DNA of 63,952 nt, counting the filler, from Octopus bimaculoides (lineage: Eukaryota), in assembly GCF_001194135.2 (NCBI RefSeq). It is 3 parts of 3 records of this genome, joined end to end, with 100 filler letters (N's around TTAATTAATTAA, not from the genome) between each part and the next. Parts side by side here need not be neighbours in the genome. Positions count along the whole stretch, not along the records: positions 1 to 26,381 come from NC_069007.1; 2 more parts are not named here. One strand, 5' to 3'. The stretch's first letter is position 1. Each line of letters begins with the position of its first letter. Shown here in pieces: positions 1 to 13,394 of this stretch. The notes under the pieces were generated by a model that had not been told where the DNA came from, ran no database searches, and saw only the letters and a list, made by a program, of their open reading frames with translations. Made by a program: the position numbers and the translations under genes.

Positions 1-54
1 CCGATGGATATTTATATTTTTTTAGATTTTAGTTATTTCTGTAAGCGGTTTTAG

Positions 55-187
55 CATGACTGGATACTTAAGAAATTCGTTTTGCAGCCTCGTGATTTCG
101 GGTTCAATCCCCCCACTGCTTTGTACCAAGGGCAAAGGTCTTCTGTTATAGTGAATTTGGTAGACGGAAACCGTGAGAAAGCTCGTG

Positions 188-228
<41 letters not shown>

Positions 229-455
229 TTGACTGTATGTGTTGCCTGTATGCGCGGGCACCTTGCGTTTGTCCTACCACTGCTTAACAACCGGTGCTGG
301 TTTGATTATGTTCCCGTAAACAAGCAGTTTGGTTAAGTGGCCGATAGAATAAGCACAAGGATTAAAACAATAAGTACCGGGGTCGATTTGCTCGACTAAA
401 CCCTTCAAGATAGTGCCCCAGCGTGGCCGTAATCGAACGACTAAAACTAAAGAAT
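55..455 (+). mobile_element. SINE family A (tRNA-like head, internal microsatellite, CCCCAGCATGGCC...CTGAAACAAG tail), diverged copy
   Basis: B-box-like GGTTCAATCC at ~102, GGTAGACGGAAAC before a (TG)n tract, right arm ...GGGGTCGATTTGCTCGACT...CCCCAGCGTGGCCG; same architecture recurs many times in the window. Confidence 0.75.
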
Positions 456-636
456 AATATATATAATATATATATGTGTACACACACACACACACACACG
501 TCTATATACTAAGAGGGAGGGGGGAGGACAAATCCTACTTCCCCCCGTAAGACATCTTCGAAATGACCGTGCAATGGACAATTGCACATTCGCAGACGAG
601 GGTCTCAGCCGTGGGAAGATGACACTGTCTGTGTGT

Positions 637-660
637 GTGTGTGCAACAGTGTGTATATGA

Positions 661-696
<36 letters not shown>

Positions 697-878
697 CAAA
701 GTGTGTATATGAATGTGTATGCAACAGTGTGTATATGACCGTGTGTGTGTGTGTGTAAAACAAAATGTGTATATGAATGTGTGTGCAACAGTGTGTATAT
801 GACCGTGTGTGTGTGTGTGTAAAACAAAGTGTGTATATGAATGTGTGTGCAACAGTGTGTATATGACCGTGTGTGTGT
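637..878. repeat. Composite minisatellite (GCAACAGTGTGTATATGACC(GT)n AACAAAGTGTGTATATGAAT)n
   Basis: Three full units and one partial unit of about 60-80 bp, running into a gap. Confidence 0.85.
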
Positions 879-1278
879 NNNNNNNNNNNNNNNNNNNNNN
901 NNNNNNNNNNNNNNNNNNNNNNNNNNNNNNNNNNNNNNNNNNNNNNNNNNNNNNNNNNNNNNNNNNNNNNNNNNNNNNNNNNNNNNNNNNNNNNNNNNNN
1001 NNNNNNNNNNNNNNNNNNNNNNNNNNNNNNNNNNNNNNNNNNNNNNNNNNNNNNNNNNNNNNNNNNNNNNNNNNNNNNNNNNNNNNNNNNNNNNNNNNNN
1101 NNNNNNNNNNNNNNNNNNNNNNNNNNNNNNNNNNNNNNNNNNNNNNNNNNNNNNNNNNNNNNNNNNNNNNNNNNNNNNTGTGTGTGTGTGTGACAGTACA
1201 ATGTGTGTGTGTGTGTGTGTGTGTGAGACAGTACAATGTGTGTGTGTGTGAGAGTGACAGTACAATGTGTGTGTGTGT

Positions 1279-1342
<64 letters not shown>

Positions 1343-1855
1343 ATTACACATATGTATGCATGTGGTTTTCGGTGATTTTGTTTAACCCCAGGTCAACACT
1401 GAACAGATCTGCAATAAGACAGTCAAACTACGACCCCACCACCACCACCATCATTATGCAATGTGTCCTTTATTTAAAGCAACAGCGTGCTGTATGGAGA
1501 GGCAAATTTGGTTGCTATTTCTAGCAGGTAGATGGGTCACTAGTTTACCGTGTCGTCGATCTCAGTAGTTGACTGGTATTACATTTCATCGACTCCAGAA
1601 GGATGAAAGGCAAACATTGATGGCGCTGTCATTTGACAAGGCGCCGTAAGTAAACAGCGGCGCTCAACCGATTGTTAACCCATTCAAAACAACAACGGTT
1701 ATTGGGGGAAGACATGAGAAAAAGTACGAGTACAGGGGGTGAAGTACTTAAAAAAAAAATGAGGGGGTGGGTGCGGAGTTGTATTTACACAAAATAAACA
1801 ATTATTTGGTTCAAGGTCAGTAATCCGGTGGTGGGGGGTGAGGGGGTCGATTATC

Positions 1856-2463
1856 CTTTATCTTTTACGTGTTTCAGTCATTAGAATGCGGCCAAACTGG
1901 GGCACAACCTTGAAGAATGAATCGATCTCAGTACTTTGTTTTTTTTTTTTAAAGCCTGGTACTTTTTCTATTAGTAAAAATGGGAGACGTACACAGACCA
2001 ACACCGGTTGTCAAACGGTGGTGGGGAACGAAGACACACACACACATATATATACATATATATACACACACACACACACATACAAAACTTAAATTGAGGC
2101 ACCTTGCTAGTCCGGTATAATCTACACAACCCAACAGCATTAAATGAATATCAAAACTCCGTGTACGGGTATTCGTACGGCCGAATGAAATGACACCTGT
2201 ACATCGTTGTTATATATATATATATATATATATATATATNNNNNNNNNNNNNNNNNNNNNNNNNNNNNNNNNNNNNNNNNNNNNNNNNNNNNNNNNNNNN
2301 NNNNNNNNNNNNNNNNNNNNNNNNNNNNNNNNNNNNNNNNNNNNNNNNNNNNNNNNNNNNNNNNNNNNNNNNNNNNNNNNNNNNNNNNNNNNNNNNNNNN
2401 NNNNNNNNNNNNNNNNNNNNNNNNNNNNNNNNNNNNNNNNNNNNNNNNNNNNNNNNNNNNNNN

Positions 2464-2507
<44 letters not shown>

Positions 2508-2680
2508 CACACACGCATATATACACACACAACGGGCTTCTTTCAGTTTCCGCCTACCAAATCCATTTGGGTCAGCTCGTGGCTACTGTTGAAAACACGT
2601 TCCCCAAGATGCCACGCAATAGGACTGAACCCGTAACTATGTGATTGGGATGCAAGCTTCTTACCACACGGCCTCGCCTG
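1856..2680 (-). mobile_element. SINE family A copy with interrupted/gapped central microsatellite
   Basis: Reverse-complement tail at 1856-1920, right arm to ~2035, left arm 2530-2680 ending CTTACCACACGGCCTCGCCTG. Confidence 0.75.
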
Positions 2681-3309
2681 CCCGGTGTGTGCAAGGGTAG
2701 TAGTGGTGGTGGGGGGGGATAGATTTTATCGACCCCAGTATTTTCTTGGTATTCTGCATTTTATTTTATTAATCGTGGAAGGACGAAAGGTAAACCGGAA
2801 ATAGACGGGATTTGAACTCTAAGCGTCAAGAACCGAGACAAATGCCTAAGAAGAATGATTCATCCAAACACAGCCGCAGGTGATTGCCCCAGGGTGACGT
2901 GGACGGAAGAAAGGAAAAGAACAAACGATCAGGCTGGAGGGTGGGTGAACACGGAGCGACAATGATTCCTTTATCAATGGTTACAGGGGTAGACATCGAG
3001 AAATAAGTCAGGGTAAGTTGTGACCGCCTGAGAAATTAACTTCACCCGACAATACCGGAAATCAACATGGGGAAAGCTGTGTATGGTTGTTGGAAGTGCA
3101 ATAAAATAGCAGTTAAATCTCCCTCAAATTACACGACACGTTGAATTCTGTGGTCCTGGGTATGTAGGAAGGAAAAAGAAGAGACGGTCACAGCTGGAAA
3201 GCCTCTTATTACGGGTCTACTTGATTAAAGATTTAAATGAAGTCCCAACAAGAGTTTGTATGTTGTTCAAACTGCTAAAAATAGCAGCCACATCTCTTCC
3301 CTCAATGAT

Positions 3310-3503
3310 AATAATGGTTTCGAATTTTGCCACAAGGGCAGCAGTCTTGGGGAAGGAGATGAGTCGATTACATCCACCCCAGTGAGTAACTGGTACTTAC
3401 TTTATCGATCCCAAAAGGATGAAAGGCAAAGTCGACCTCGGCGGAATTTGAACTCGATCCGATGTCGACTTTCATTCTTTCGGGGTCGATAAAGTAAGTA
3501 CCA
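3310..3503 (-). mobile_element. SINE family C fragment with an inverted duplicate of its core
   Basis: GGATGAAAGGCAAAGTCGACCTCGGCGGAATTTGAACTC is the reverse complement of the family C core seen at 40290-40350; a plus-strand copy follows at 3464-3503. Confidence 0.75.
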
Positions 3504-3573
3504 AATAATAATAGGGGAAAAAAAGCATACGACCATACTAACTCTGCCTAAGGAAAGAAAATAGTCTAGAAAT

Positions 3574-4196
3574 AGGCGTGGCCGTGTGGTCAGAAGTTTG
3601 CTTCCCAACCACATGGTTCAGTCCCACGGTGTGGTACATTGGGCAATGTCTTCTACTATAAACTTAGGCCGACCAAAGTTTTATGAAGGAAGCCCGTCGT
3701 GTATATGTATANNNNNNNNNNNNNNNNNNNNNNNNNNNNNNNNNNNNNNNNNNNNNNNNNNNNNNNNNNNNNNNNNNNNNNNNNNNNNNNNNNNNNNNNN
3801 NNNNNNNNNNNNNNNNNNNNNNNNNNNNNNNNNNNNNNNNNNNNNNNNNNNNNNNNNNNNNNNNNNNNNNNNNNNNNNNNNNNNNNNNNNNNNNNNNNNN
3901 NNNNNNNNNNNNNNNNNNNNNNNNNNNNNNNNNNNNNNNNNNNNNNNNNNNNNNNNNNNNNNNNNNNNNNNNNNATGTACGGGTGTGTATCTTTGTGCAT
4001 GTATTTGTCCCCCGCCACCGATTGACAACCGGTGTTGGTGTGTATACGTCCCTGTAACTTAGCGGTTCAGCAAAGGCGTCTGATAGAATAAGTACCAAGC
4101 TTTACAAAAGATAACTACAGGGGTTCAGTTCATTCGACTAAAATTCTTCAAGGCGGTGCCCCAGCATGGCCGCAGTGCAATGATTGCAACAAGTAA
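3574..4196 (+). mobile_element. SINE family A, near-complete, gap in central microsatellite
   Basis: Head AGGCGTGGCCGTGTGGTCAGAAG (A-box-like) and GGTTCAGTCC (B-box-like); tail AAGGCGGTGCCCCAGCATGGCCGCAG. Confidence 0.85.
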
Positions 4197-5908
4197 CATT
4201 GACAGAAAACTCCTGAACGGACATGAGGCTCAACAACAACAGCAGGAACAACAATTAATTCGCTGGATTTGTTACGAAACACTGATTCAAATTTCCTTTC
4301 AAATCAAAAACTGACATTTAAAAAACTAAGAGAAGAGAGGAATTGTTTCTATGGAAGTCCGAAGAAACCTCATAACTGAAAAACAACAAAGTTAACAGAA
4401 AGGATGGTCATATGTGGAATGGCTTTGACTCAGTACCAGAATTATTTGGGGGTTTAAAACAGTAACTGAAGTCGCAACAGAAAATAATATGCGTGAAAAG
4501 CAGCCGTGTCGATCACGGATGTGATCCAGTAGAGAAAGAAATGTTGTTGACGAATACATTTTATACACAAAAACACAAAAATGAAGCGAAGAAATTCAGA
4601 AAATTACTCACGTGTATAATATATATACATACATATATATATATTATATATGTACGGTGTATATAATAAGTATGAAAGAAATTTCCCACGTATGTTTAAG
4701 GCTCTCTGGTTAAATAAACGATAAATGCACAGAAGAAGAAATCCAAATGAACTTTGACACACTAAATATCACTGCTAGTATCGATTCGTTAGTGTATACA
4801 TGAGTGGTTATATATTATATATATTATATATATAAATGTCTAGATGTACGGAGAGAGAAGAGTGATGTGAACGCGTGCTATTTGTTGAGTTGCAGGTGCG
4901 TTTAGTTAACGTTTAATCAAATGTGTGGTTGCTAACGAAATAAATCCACGTTTATGTGTGTGTATATATACATGTATATATGTGTTTAGGGATATGTATG
5001 TGTGTTTATGTATATAATCTAATACGCATCAGTTGCTTTCTCAAAGTAGATTACAACGAACGTATAACTCCTGGCATGTGTTATTTTCGTTGTAGATGTG
5101 TGTTACTGAGATCTCTTTATGTATGTACAATATAGAAGAGAAGCATCTATGTGTGTATGTGTGTGTGTGTATATACATACATACATNNNNNNNNNNNNNN
5201 NNNNNNNNNNNNNNNNNNNNNNNNNNNNNNNNNNNNNNNNNNNNNNNNNNNNNNNNNNNNNNNNNNNNNNNNNNNNNNNNNNNNNNNNNNNNNNNNNNNN
5301 NNNNNNNNNNNNNNNNNNNNNNNNNNNNNNNNNNNNNNNNNNNNNNNNNNNNNNNNNNNNNNNNNNNNNNNNNNNNNNNNNNNNNNNNNNNNNNNNNNNN
5401 NNNNNNNNNNNNNNNNNNNNNNNNNNNNNNNNNNNNNNNNNNNNNNNNNNNNNNNNNNNNNNNNNNNNNNNNNNNNNNNNNNNNNNNNNNNNNNNNNNNN
5501 NNNNNNNNNNNNNNNNNNNNNNNNNNNNNNNNNNNNNNNNNNNNNNNNNNNNNNNNNNNNNNNNNNNNNNNNNNNNNNNNNNNNNNNNNNNNNNNNNNNN
5601 NNNNNNNNNNNNNNNNNNNNNNNNNNNNNNNNNNNNNNNNNNNNNNNNNNNNNNNNNNNNNNNNNNNNNNNNNNNNNNNNNNNNNNNNNNNNNNNNNNNN
5701 NNNNNNNATATATATATATATATATAATATACATTTACAAAATACATATATATTCCTGCATATACACACGTATGTACACACTTACAAAGATACATAGAAC
5801 ATACACACAAACACACACACACATATATACATATATATATACACACATATATTCATATACATACATGTACACACATAGATACACACACGTTCACACTAAC
5901 AGGCCTTC

Positions 5909-5941
<33 letters not shown>

Positions 5942-7453
5942 TACTTACCCCTGTATAATTATTAAGTAGATTGTGAGTGTAGCACTGTAAAATGCTTGAA
6001 AAACTCAGTCTTACCCAGTTACAATGGTCCCAGTTTCGATCCCGTTAGGTAACCTGAGCCAAATTCTTTTACCGAGGGGTTCAGGCTGACAAATACTTTG
6101 TGAATAAAACTTGTTGGACGTAAATTGCTTTAATTGAACGAACAGGGACATCAAGACGGGACAGGTGGTCACTGGTTAAAATGACGAGCAATATTTGTTT
6201 CGAGATGTTTACATTCTGAGTTCAAATCCTGCCATGAACTTAACTCTGTGTGTGTGTGCGCGCGCGCGCGCGCGCGTGTGTGTGTGTATGTGTGTGTGGT
6301 GTGTGTGTGTGTGTGTGTGTTATGAACGTTTAATTGAATTTATTATTTTAATAAACGGAAAATCAACTGATTGGAAAATTCAATACAGTATGTAGAATAA
6401 AGTTTATTTGAAGCTGGTGCTGATTGGGACTTCAAAGTGCTACTGAACGCTTATTTGGTTTTCTTGGTTTGGTCTTTGCGCCGCTGTCATGCTGGAGCAT
6501 CGCCTTAAAGAGTTGAGTCGAACTAATCGACCACTAGACGTACTTTTAAAGTGCTTATTGTGATACAGTGGCCTGTTTTGGCGGAACCGTTAAGTTACGG
6601 AGACGTAAACAAACCAACACCAGTCGTTAAGCGTTGGTGGGGACAAACACAAACATAAAAGCGCGCACACACACACACACACGTGACACCTGGAAATGAT
6701 AGATTAGTGTGAAAAAATAGTGTGGGCAAAAAGCAAGGACAAATTGAGAGTTTGGGAAGGAAGAAAGAATGGGCAAATGAAAGAGAGAGAGAGAGAAGGA
6801 AAGAGAGAAGGAGGAAAGGAAAGAGAGGACGAAGAGCTACGAAGAAGGGTGTCAAGACTGTGTGGTGTGTGTTTGTTTGTGTGTATGTGTGCACAAGTTT
6901 GTAGCAGAAGTAGCAGCAGTAGTCGCAGCAGCAGTTGTACTTCTTTTGTTGCCATAGCAGCGCTGATCCAGATGAGCGATTTTGTACCCATGACCACCTC
7001 CATCGAAATAGTTAAATCCACACCCATTGAATAAAGATGAGAAGGCGTCTGATCTGATTGGTCACTATTTCTAGCACATTGAGGCTTTTATGTGGGTTTT
7101 CTAACGACAACCTATGTGACGACGTGTGTTTGCCAATGTGTGTGTGTGTGTGTGTGTGTGTGTGCCTGTGTGTGTTTGCCAGTGCCTGTGTGTGTGTGTG
7201 TGCCTGTGTGTGTGTGTGCCTGTGTGTGTGTTTGCCAGTGTGTGTGTGTGTGTGCCTCTGTGTGTGTGTGTGTGCCTTTGTGTGTGTTTGCCTGTGTGTG
7301 TGTGGTAATAGTTGTTGCAGCTGTTTAGCCCTAGGTCTGTCCGAACCCGGCAAGTTAATGATGAAATCTGTTTCCAACGTCACCACCTCGTCTTTTAGAA
7401 TATTTGGCACTTACAGCAGATTCTGTGTCCCGCCTTCGCTTTCTGTCACCACC

Positions 7454-7484
<31 letters not shown>

Positions 7485-8272
7485 ACAGCAGCAACGAGGA
7501 GTTGTAGTAGTAGTAGTAGTAAGAAGCACGTGTATGTGTGTGTATGTAGTGTTTATGAGTGGTGTGTGTGTGTGTGAATTTTTGTAGTTTTTAATATTTC
7601 TNNNNNNNNNNNNNNNNNNNNNNNNNNNNNNNNNNNNNNNNNNNNNNNNNNNNNNNNNNNNNNNNNNNNNNNNNNNNNNNNNNNNNNNNNNNNNNNNNNN
7701 NNNNNNNNNNNNNNNNNNNNNNNNNNNNNNNNNNNNNNNNNNNNNNNNNNNNNNNNNNNNNNNNNNNNNNNNNNNNNNNNNNNNNNNNNNNNNNNNNNNN
7801 NNNNNNNNNNNNNNNNNNNNNNNNNNNNNNNNNNNNNNNNNNNNNNNNNNNNNNNNNNNNNNNNNNNNNNNNNNNNNNNNNNNNNNNNNNNNNNNNNNNN
7901 NNNNNNNNNNNNNNNNNNNNNNNNNNNNNNNNNNNNNNNNNNNNNNNNNNNNNNNNNNNNNNNNNNNNNNNNNNNNNNNNNNNNNNNNNNNNNNNNNNNN
8001 NNNNNNNNNNNNNNNNNNNNNNNNNNNNNNNNNNNNNNNNNNNNNNNNNNNNNNNNNNNNNNNNNNNNNNNNNNNNNNNNNNNNNNNNNNNNNNNNNNNN
8101 NNNNNNNNNNNNNNNNNNNNNNNNNNNNNNNNNNNNNNNNNNNNNNNNNNNNNNNNNNNNNNNNNNNNNNNNNNNNNNNNNNNNNNNNNNNNNNNNNNNN
8201 NNNNNNNNNNNNNNNNNNNNNNNNNNNNNNNNNNNNNNNNNNNNNNNNNNNNNNNNNNNNNNNNNNNNNNNN

Positions 8273-8396
8273 TGTCTGTCTCTGTTTGTCTCTCCCTTTC
8301 TCTTTCTCGCTATCTATCTATCTATCTATCTGTCTTTCTTTCTGTCCATCTGTCTGTCTGTCTGTCTGTCTATCCATCTATCTATCCATCTATCTA

Positions 8397-8443
<47 letters not shown>

Positions 8444-8605
8444 ATCCATCTGTCTGTCTGTCTGTCTATCCATCTATCTATCTGTCTGTCTGTCTATCCA
8501 TCTATCAATCTGTCTGTCTGTCTATCCATCTATCAATCTGTCTGCCTGTCTATCCATCTATCAATCTGTCTGTCTGTCTATCCATCTATCAATCTGTCTG
8601 TCTGT
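8273..8605. repeat. (TCTA)n/(TCTG)n tetranucleotide microsatellite
   Basis: Direct reading. Confidence 0.95.
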
Positions 8606-9120
8606 CGTATTTATAAAAGTAGGAAAAGGTACGTCCACAATATAAGTCGACTTTTGTTCTGGCTGCAGTAGAATTTTAGATTCCAGTTCTGTTGTTGCCG
8701 ATTAAGAATTTGTCAGCGATATTCACCGACGCAACCGTTGGAATTATAAGCAAACAGCTAGACACGAGGAACCTTGACAATCTCCACCACCAAACACAGT
8801 CACACTCACACACATATAGATACATCTACATATATACATAGATGCACGCCCGCGCACAATCACACTCACATACATACATACATATATACATACNNNNNNN
8901 NNNNNNNNNNNNNNNNNNNNNNNNNNNNNNNNNNNNNNNNNNNNNNNNNNNNNNNNNNNNNNNNNNNNNNNNNNNNNNNNNNNNNNNNNNNNNATATATA
9001 TATATTTGTTGCTCGTTTAACTTGCTATTATGGCAGTGAAAGAGGAAGGGAAAATCTATGTACTTGAAAATTTCCAATCTCTCTGCTATCAACACACGTA
9101 AGGTTAAATACAATGCGCAC

Positions 9121-9850
9121 GAAATATACTGGACCTAGAGTGATTGCGCTCCCAGATCCACACTCATTATATGATCTGAGCATTAACACGAGTAACGAGG
9201 CATGTTTCTATAAGTGTATTACAGGCCACATAGGTTCTAAGAATTGCTAGAATAAGAGGCCGGATACTGTGGTGACGCTCTGGAGGACATTTGTCTTCAG
9301 CTGCCTATTGTTTCTCATTGTGGTTGCCTTAACAGTGTAAAATTAATGGCACAACTTGAAACACTCCAATGTAGCTATATTAAGATGATCGACCTATTGC
9401 AACAGATCAGCTCCGGGAAAGACCGAATAAGTTAAGACTATTCCTTAGAGCAAACGCATGCAAGAACCTGCACGAAACGATAGCATTGAAAGGCTATTCT
9501 AATCTCTGAACAGGGTCCCTCTGTATAGGGGCCAAAAAGTCTAACTTATTACAGTATCTGGTTGTAAATCTAGATAGTGAAGATAGAGTTCAAAAGCCCT
9601 CAGCTCAATATCCTATTGAAAGACTTAAGGGAGCCACATGGTGGGGTTCTAGATGTTTTAGACAAGCAACTGGAGTTTGCTGTCAAGAGTTCCAGCTGAG
9701 ATTATTTTGCGGCAAGAAACACAACAGGGGGAAGCAACTTCGAACTCCGTCATTTACCAAATGCCAACTGAAGAAGGAAGATCAGTAAAAGTGTAACAAC
9801 ACCAGTGGAAGTGGCCCAGCATGGCCACAACTTACGGGCTGAAACAAGTA
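9121..9850 (+). mobile_element. CR1-group LINE, 5'-truncated ORF2 C-terminus plus 3' UTR, decayed
   Basis: Frameshifted peptides YTGPRVIALPDPHSLYDLSI, DTVVTLWRTFVFS, VKLMAQLETLQCSY and KSPQLNILLKDLRE resemble the post-RT region of CR1-type ORF2; ends CCCAGCATGGCCACAAC...CTGAAACAAGTA. Confidence 0.7.
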
Positions 9851-9872
9851 TACATATATGTATGTATGCATG

Positions 9873-9917
<45 letters not shown>

Positions 9918-11115
9918 NNNNNNNNNNNNNNNNNNNNNNNNNNNNNNNNNNNNNNNNNNNNNNNNNNNNNNNNNNNNNNNNNNNNNNNNNNNNNNNNNNN
10001 NNNNNNNNNNNNNNNNNNNNNNNNNNNNNNNNNNNNNNNNNNNNNNNNNNNNNNNNNNNNNNNNNNNNNNNNNNNNNNNNNNNNNNNNNNNNNNNNNNNN
10101 NNNNNNNNNNNNNNNNNNNNNNNNNNNNNNNNNNNNNNNNNNNNNNNNNNNNNNNNNNNNNNNNNNNNNNNNNNNNNNNNNNNNNNNNNNNNNNNNNNNN
10201 NNNNNNNNNNNNNNNNNNNNNNNNNNNNNNNNNNNNNNNNNNNNNNNNNNNNNNNNNNNNNNNNNNNNNNNNNNNNNNNNNNNNNNNNNNNNNNNNNNNN
10301 NNNNNNNNNNNNNNNNNNNNNNNNNNNNNNNNNNNNNNNNNNNNNNNNNNNNNNNNNNNNNNNNNNNNNNNNNNNNNNNNNNNNNNNNNNNNNNNNNNNN
10401 NNNNNNNNNNNNNNNNNNNNNNNNNNNNNNNNNNNNNNNNNNNNNNNNNNNNNNNNNNNNNNNNNNNNNNNNNNNNNNNNNNNNNNNNNNNNNNNNNNNN
10501 NNNNNNNNNNNNNNNNNNNNNNNNNNNNNNNNNNNNNNNNNNNNNNNNNNNNNNNNNNNNNNNNNNNNNNNNNNNNNNNNNNNNNNNNNNNNNNNNNNNN
10601 NNNNNNNNNNNNNNNNNNNNNNNNNNNNNNNNNNNNNNNNNNNNNNNNNNNNNNNNNNNNNNNNNNNNNNNNNNNNNNNNNNNNNNNNNNNNNNNNNNNN
10701 NNNNNNNNNNNNNNNNNNNNNNNNNNNNNNNNNNNNNNNNNNNNNNNNNNNNNNNNNNNNNNNNNNNNNNNNNNNNNNNNNNNNNNNNNNNNNNNNNNNN
10801 NNNNNNNNNNNNNNNNNNNNNNNNNNNNNNNNNNNNNNNNNNNNNNNNNNNNNNNNNNNNNNNNNNNNNNNNNNNNNNNNNNNNNNNNNNNGGTTAATGT
10901 TCCTCTTGAAGACTGAAGGTATAAATATGAAGGTCGACGTTCTGTGTAAGAAGAATTGGCAATAGGGGTTAGTGCAGGGTGTGGTGTGAGGGACAGGTTA
11001 TGGGGAATGGGAGGAGAAGACGAATGGTTTGCTTGGGTTTAACCAGGAGGAATACAATACCAGTTAGTTTCAAAGAACGGTGGTCATTTTAGTTGTGGTG
11101 AGAAATGGGGTGAGT

Positions 11116-11167
<52 letters not shown>

Positions 11168-11799
11168 CAGCAGGGAAGGGGATGTTATATTTCTATCCCT
11201 CTACTCAATTTTATTTTACTTCTTCTACTGTCACTCACCCACTCTCTACTTTTTAGTTGGACACCCTTCTTACGTCCACACTATCTCTTTACCGTCATAA
11301 ATATATACACACTATTAATTATAATGACTGTACTTATTTTCCAAGAGACATCGATACAAAACAATATACTGGAAGGTCATTAAACTCGATGCAAAATAAT
11401 GAAGCAAGATCATCGTTGTTTGGCAATTTAAGACTCATTCGTTTATTGTTATAAGCACTTTTGTTTTACATCTTCGTAGAATCATGCGTTAGAAAGTATC
11501 AAAAAACTGATCTCTGATATTCTCTTCCTTTGTATCTGGATATTATTTACCGCGAGACTTCAAGACACATTATGTTCGAATAAAAAAAAAAAAAGCAGGA
11601 ATGTCAGTCAAGACTGGAATGCTCTGTGAAGGAGACTTGGGCGCTATTTCAAGCAAGTCGAACGGCCACCTAGAGGCTCCCTCGCTAGATTAACCAATCA
11701 ACTGATAGTGGTGTTGGTGGTGGTAGTAGTAGTGTTAAGATGATGGTGGTATGGTGGCGCTGGGGTCATTATTGGTGTCAGGACAATGGAGGAATCCAG

Positions 11800-11998
11800 A
11801 TGTCAATTGTCACCAACGAAGTCAAATTATTTTAAAAACTTTCTCTAATTCATCGCCTCTCTTCTTTCCTTTTATTCTCTCTCTCCATCTCTCTGTCTGT
11901 TTGTCTCCCTCATGCAAACATCTGCATTCATTTTGTGTATATGGATATTATACACTCAGGAGATTGTCAGAATCCTTCCACAGCATTTCCCCCTTTTT
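11800..11998 (-). mobile_element. Possible polypurine tract and 3' LTR of the Gypsy remnant
   Basis: On the minus strand AAAAAGGGGGAAA (11998-11986) is followed directly by TG, downstream of the integrase; the LTR far end is not established. Confidence 0.35.
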
Positions 11999-12079
11999 AG
12001 AATTAGTCTCCTCTAACTTCTCCCCTTTTGAGAATTAATCTACGCTTTGCGTTTTAATGCCTCTTACGTTTCAGGTTCA

Positions 12080-13140
12080 ATCCCAGTTCTTCCGTTCTTG
12101 TCCGTTTTCTGGTGCCAGGACGTGTGGTTTCAAATTGTGTCGGTATTCGTACAATGATTCCATGAGGATTTCATTTCTTGTGACTATTTTTCCGTGAATC
12201 TTTTTTTAAGTTGGTTAATATGTCTTTTATGTTCGACATTTTTTCCTTTTACCAGGAATACCATTCTTCCAATTTGTTTAATAATTACACCGTCCTCCCA
12301 TCTTTACCATATCTATGGGTTAAAAAAAATTTTGTCACCTAAGAATTTTGAATTACTTTTATTGTTCGCCTTTTTTCTATTTTTACTCGGTATCAACTTA
12401 TCAAACACGGATCTGATTTTTCTAGCAAACATTAATTCAGCGGGTGACATTCCAGACGGCGTATTCGGATTAGGTGTTACACGGTACACTCTTAAAAAGT
12501 GCAAAATCATTCAGTACTTCATTGTTCGCCTTTTTCAACGCCCTCTTACAAGTGACAACAAAACGATCTGCTTGTCCAGTTGAACTGAAATGATACGTTG
12601 ATGTCATGTTCTGAACTCGTCTGAAGTAAATTAAGTTCCGTTATCAGACAGTGGTATCAGGAATACCATATCTAGCGAACAATTCGTGTAAAAAAAAAAA
12701 AAAAAATCACTGCAACCACAAATGTGTTTTTTTTTTTACACTTAGGCACTTCAGGCCGCTTTGAAAAACTGTCCACCACAACGAGGTAATATTAATCCCT
12801 AAGTGGACCTGCATAATCAACATGCAGTCTGAATCATGCGATATCTGCTTTTGGCCACGGTTGCCGTTTAGTGGTAGGTGTTTTTGCAGCTATGGCCCAC
12901 CTGCTGCCTACTTCCACTATTTCTTCAATGCTACGGTCCATTGTTGGCCAATATACATAACTCCTCATTAACGATTTCATTCTCGAAATTCCTGGGTGAC
13001 CAATGTGAATTTTTTTTAGTAATCGCTTCTGTAGTGTGGCTGGGACTACGACACTCCGCGTACATTAACACATTGTCACACATTGAGAATGGGTTCGAAT
13101 TTGTGTGTGCATATTTTTATCTCTTTTAGCCTCCAGCAGT
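12080..13140 (-). mobile_element. Ty3/Gypsy pol remnant (integrase), with stops and frameshifts
   Basis: IHIGHPGISRMKSLMRSYVYWPTMD (zinc-binding region), RLHVDYAGP..YYLVVVDSFSK, LFARYGIPD..SDNG, GQADRFVVTCKRALK, YRVTPNPNTPSGMSPAELMFARKIRS. Confidence 0.9.
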
Positions 13141-13394
13141 ACTTTCATTTAAAAAAAAAATGAATTTATCGTTTTCCGATTTTAATTTCATGTCTTGTAA
13201 TGTGACTGGAATATTTACACGACGACATACGATTACTATTACACGAGACTCACCGCTCTCAATCAACGGCTCACAGTGAACTGCTCTCCCTCAATTGCTC
13301 ACAGTTCTTTATTTTATAGCAATGTGTGAGTCTACTTTTAGTCACATGGGGCTGGTCGGAATCCTTCCACAACAGTTTTGCAGCGCTTCTTCCT

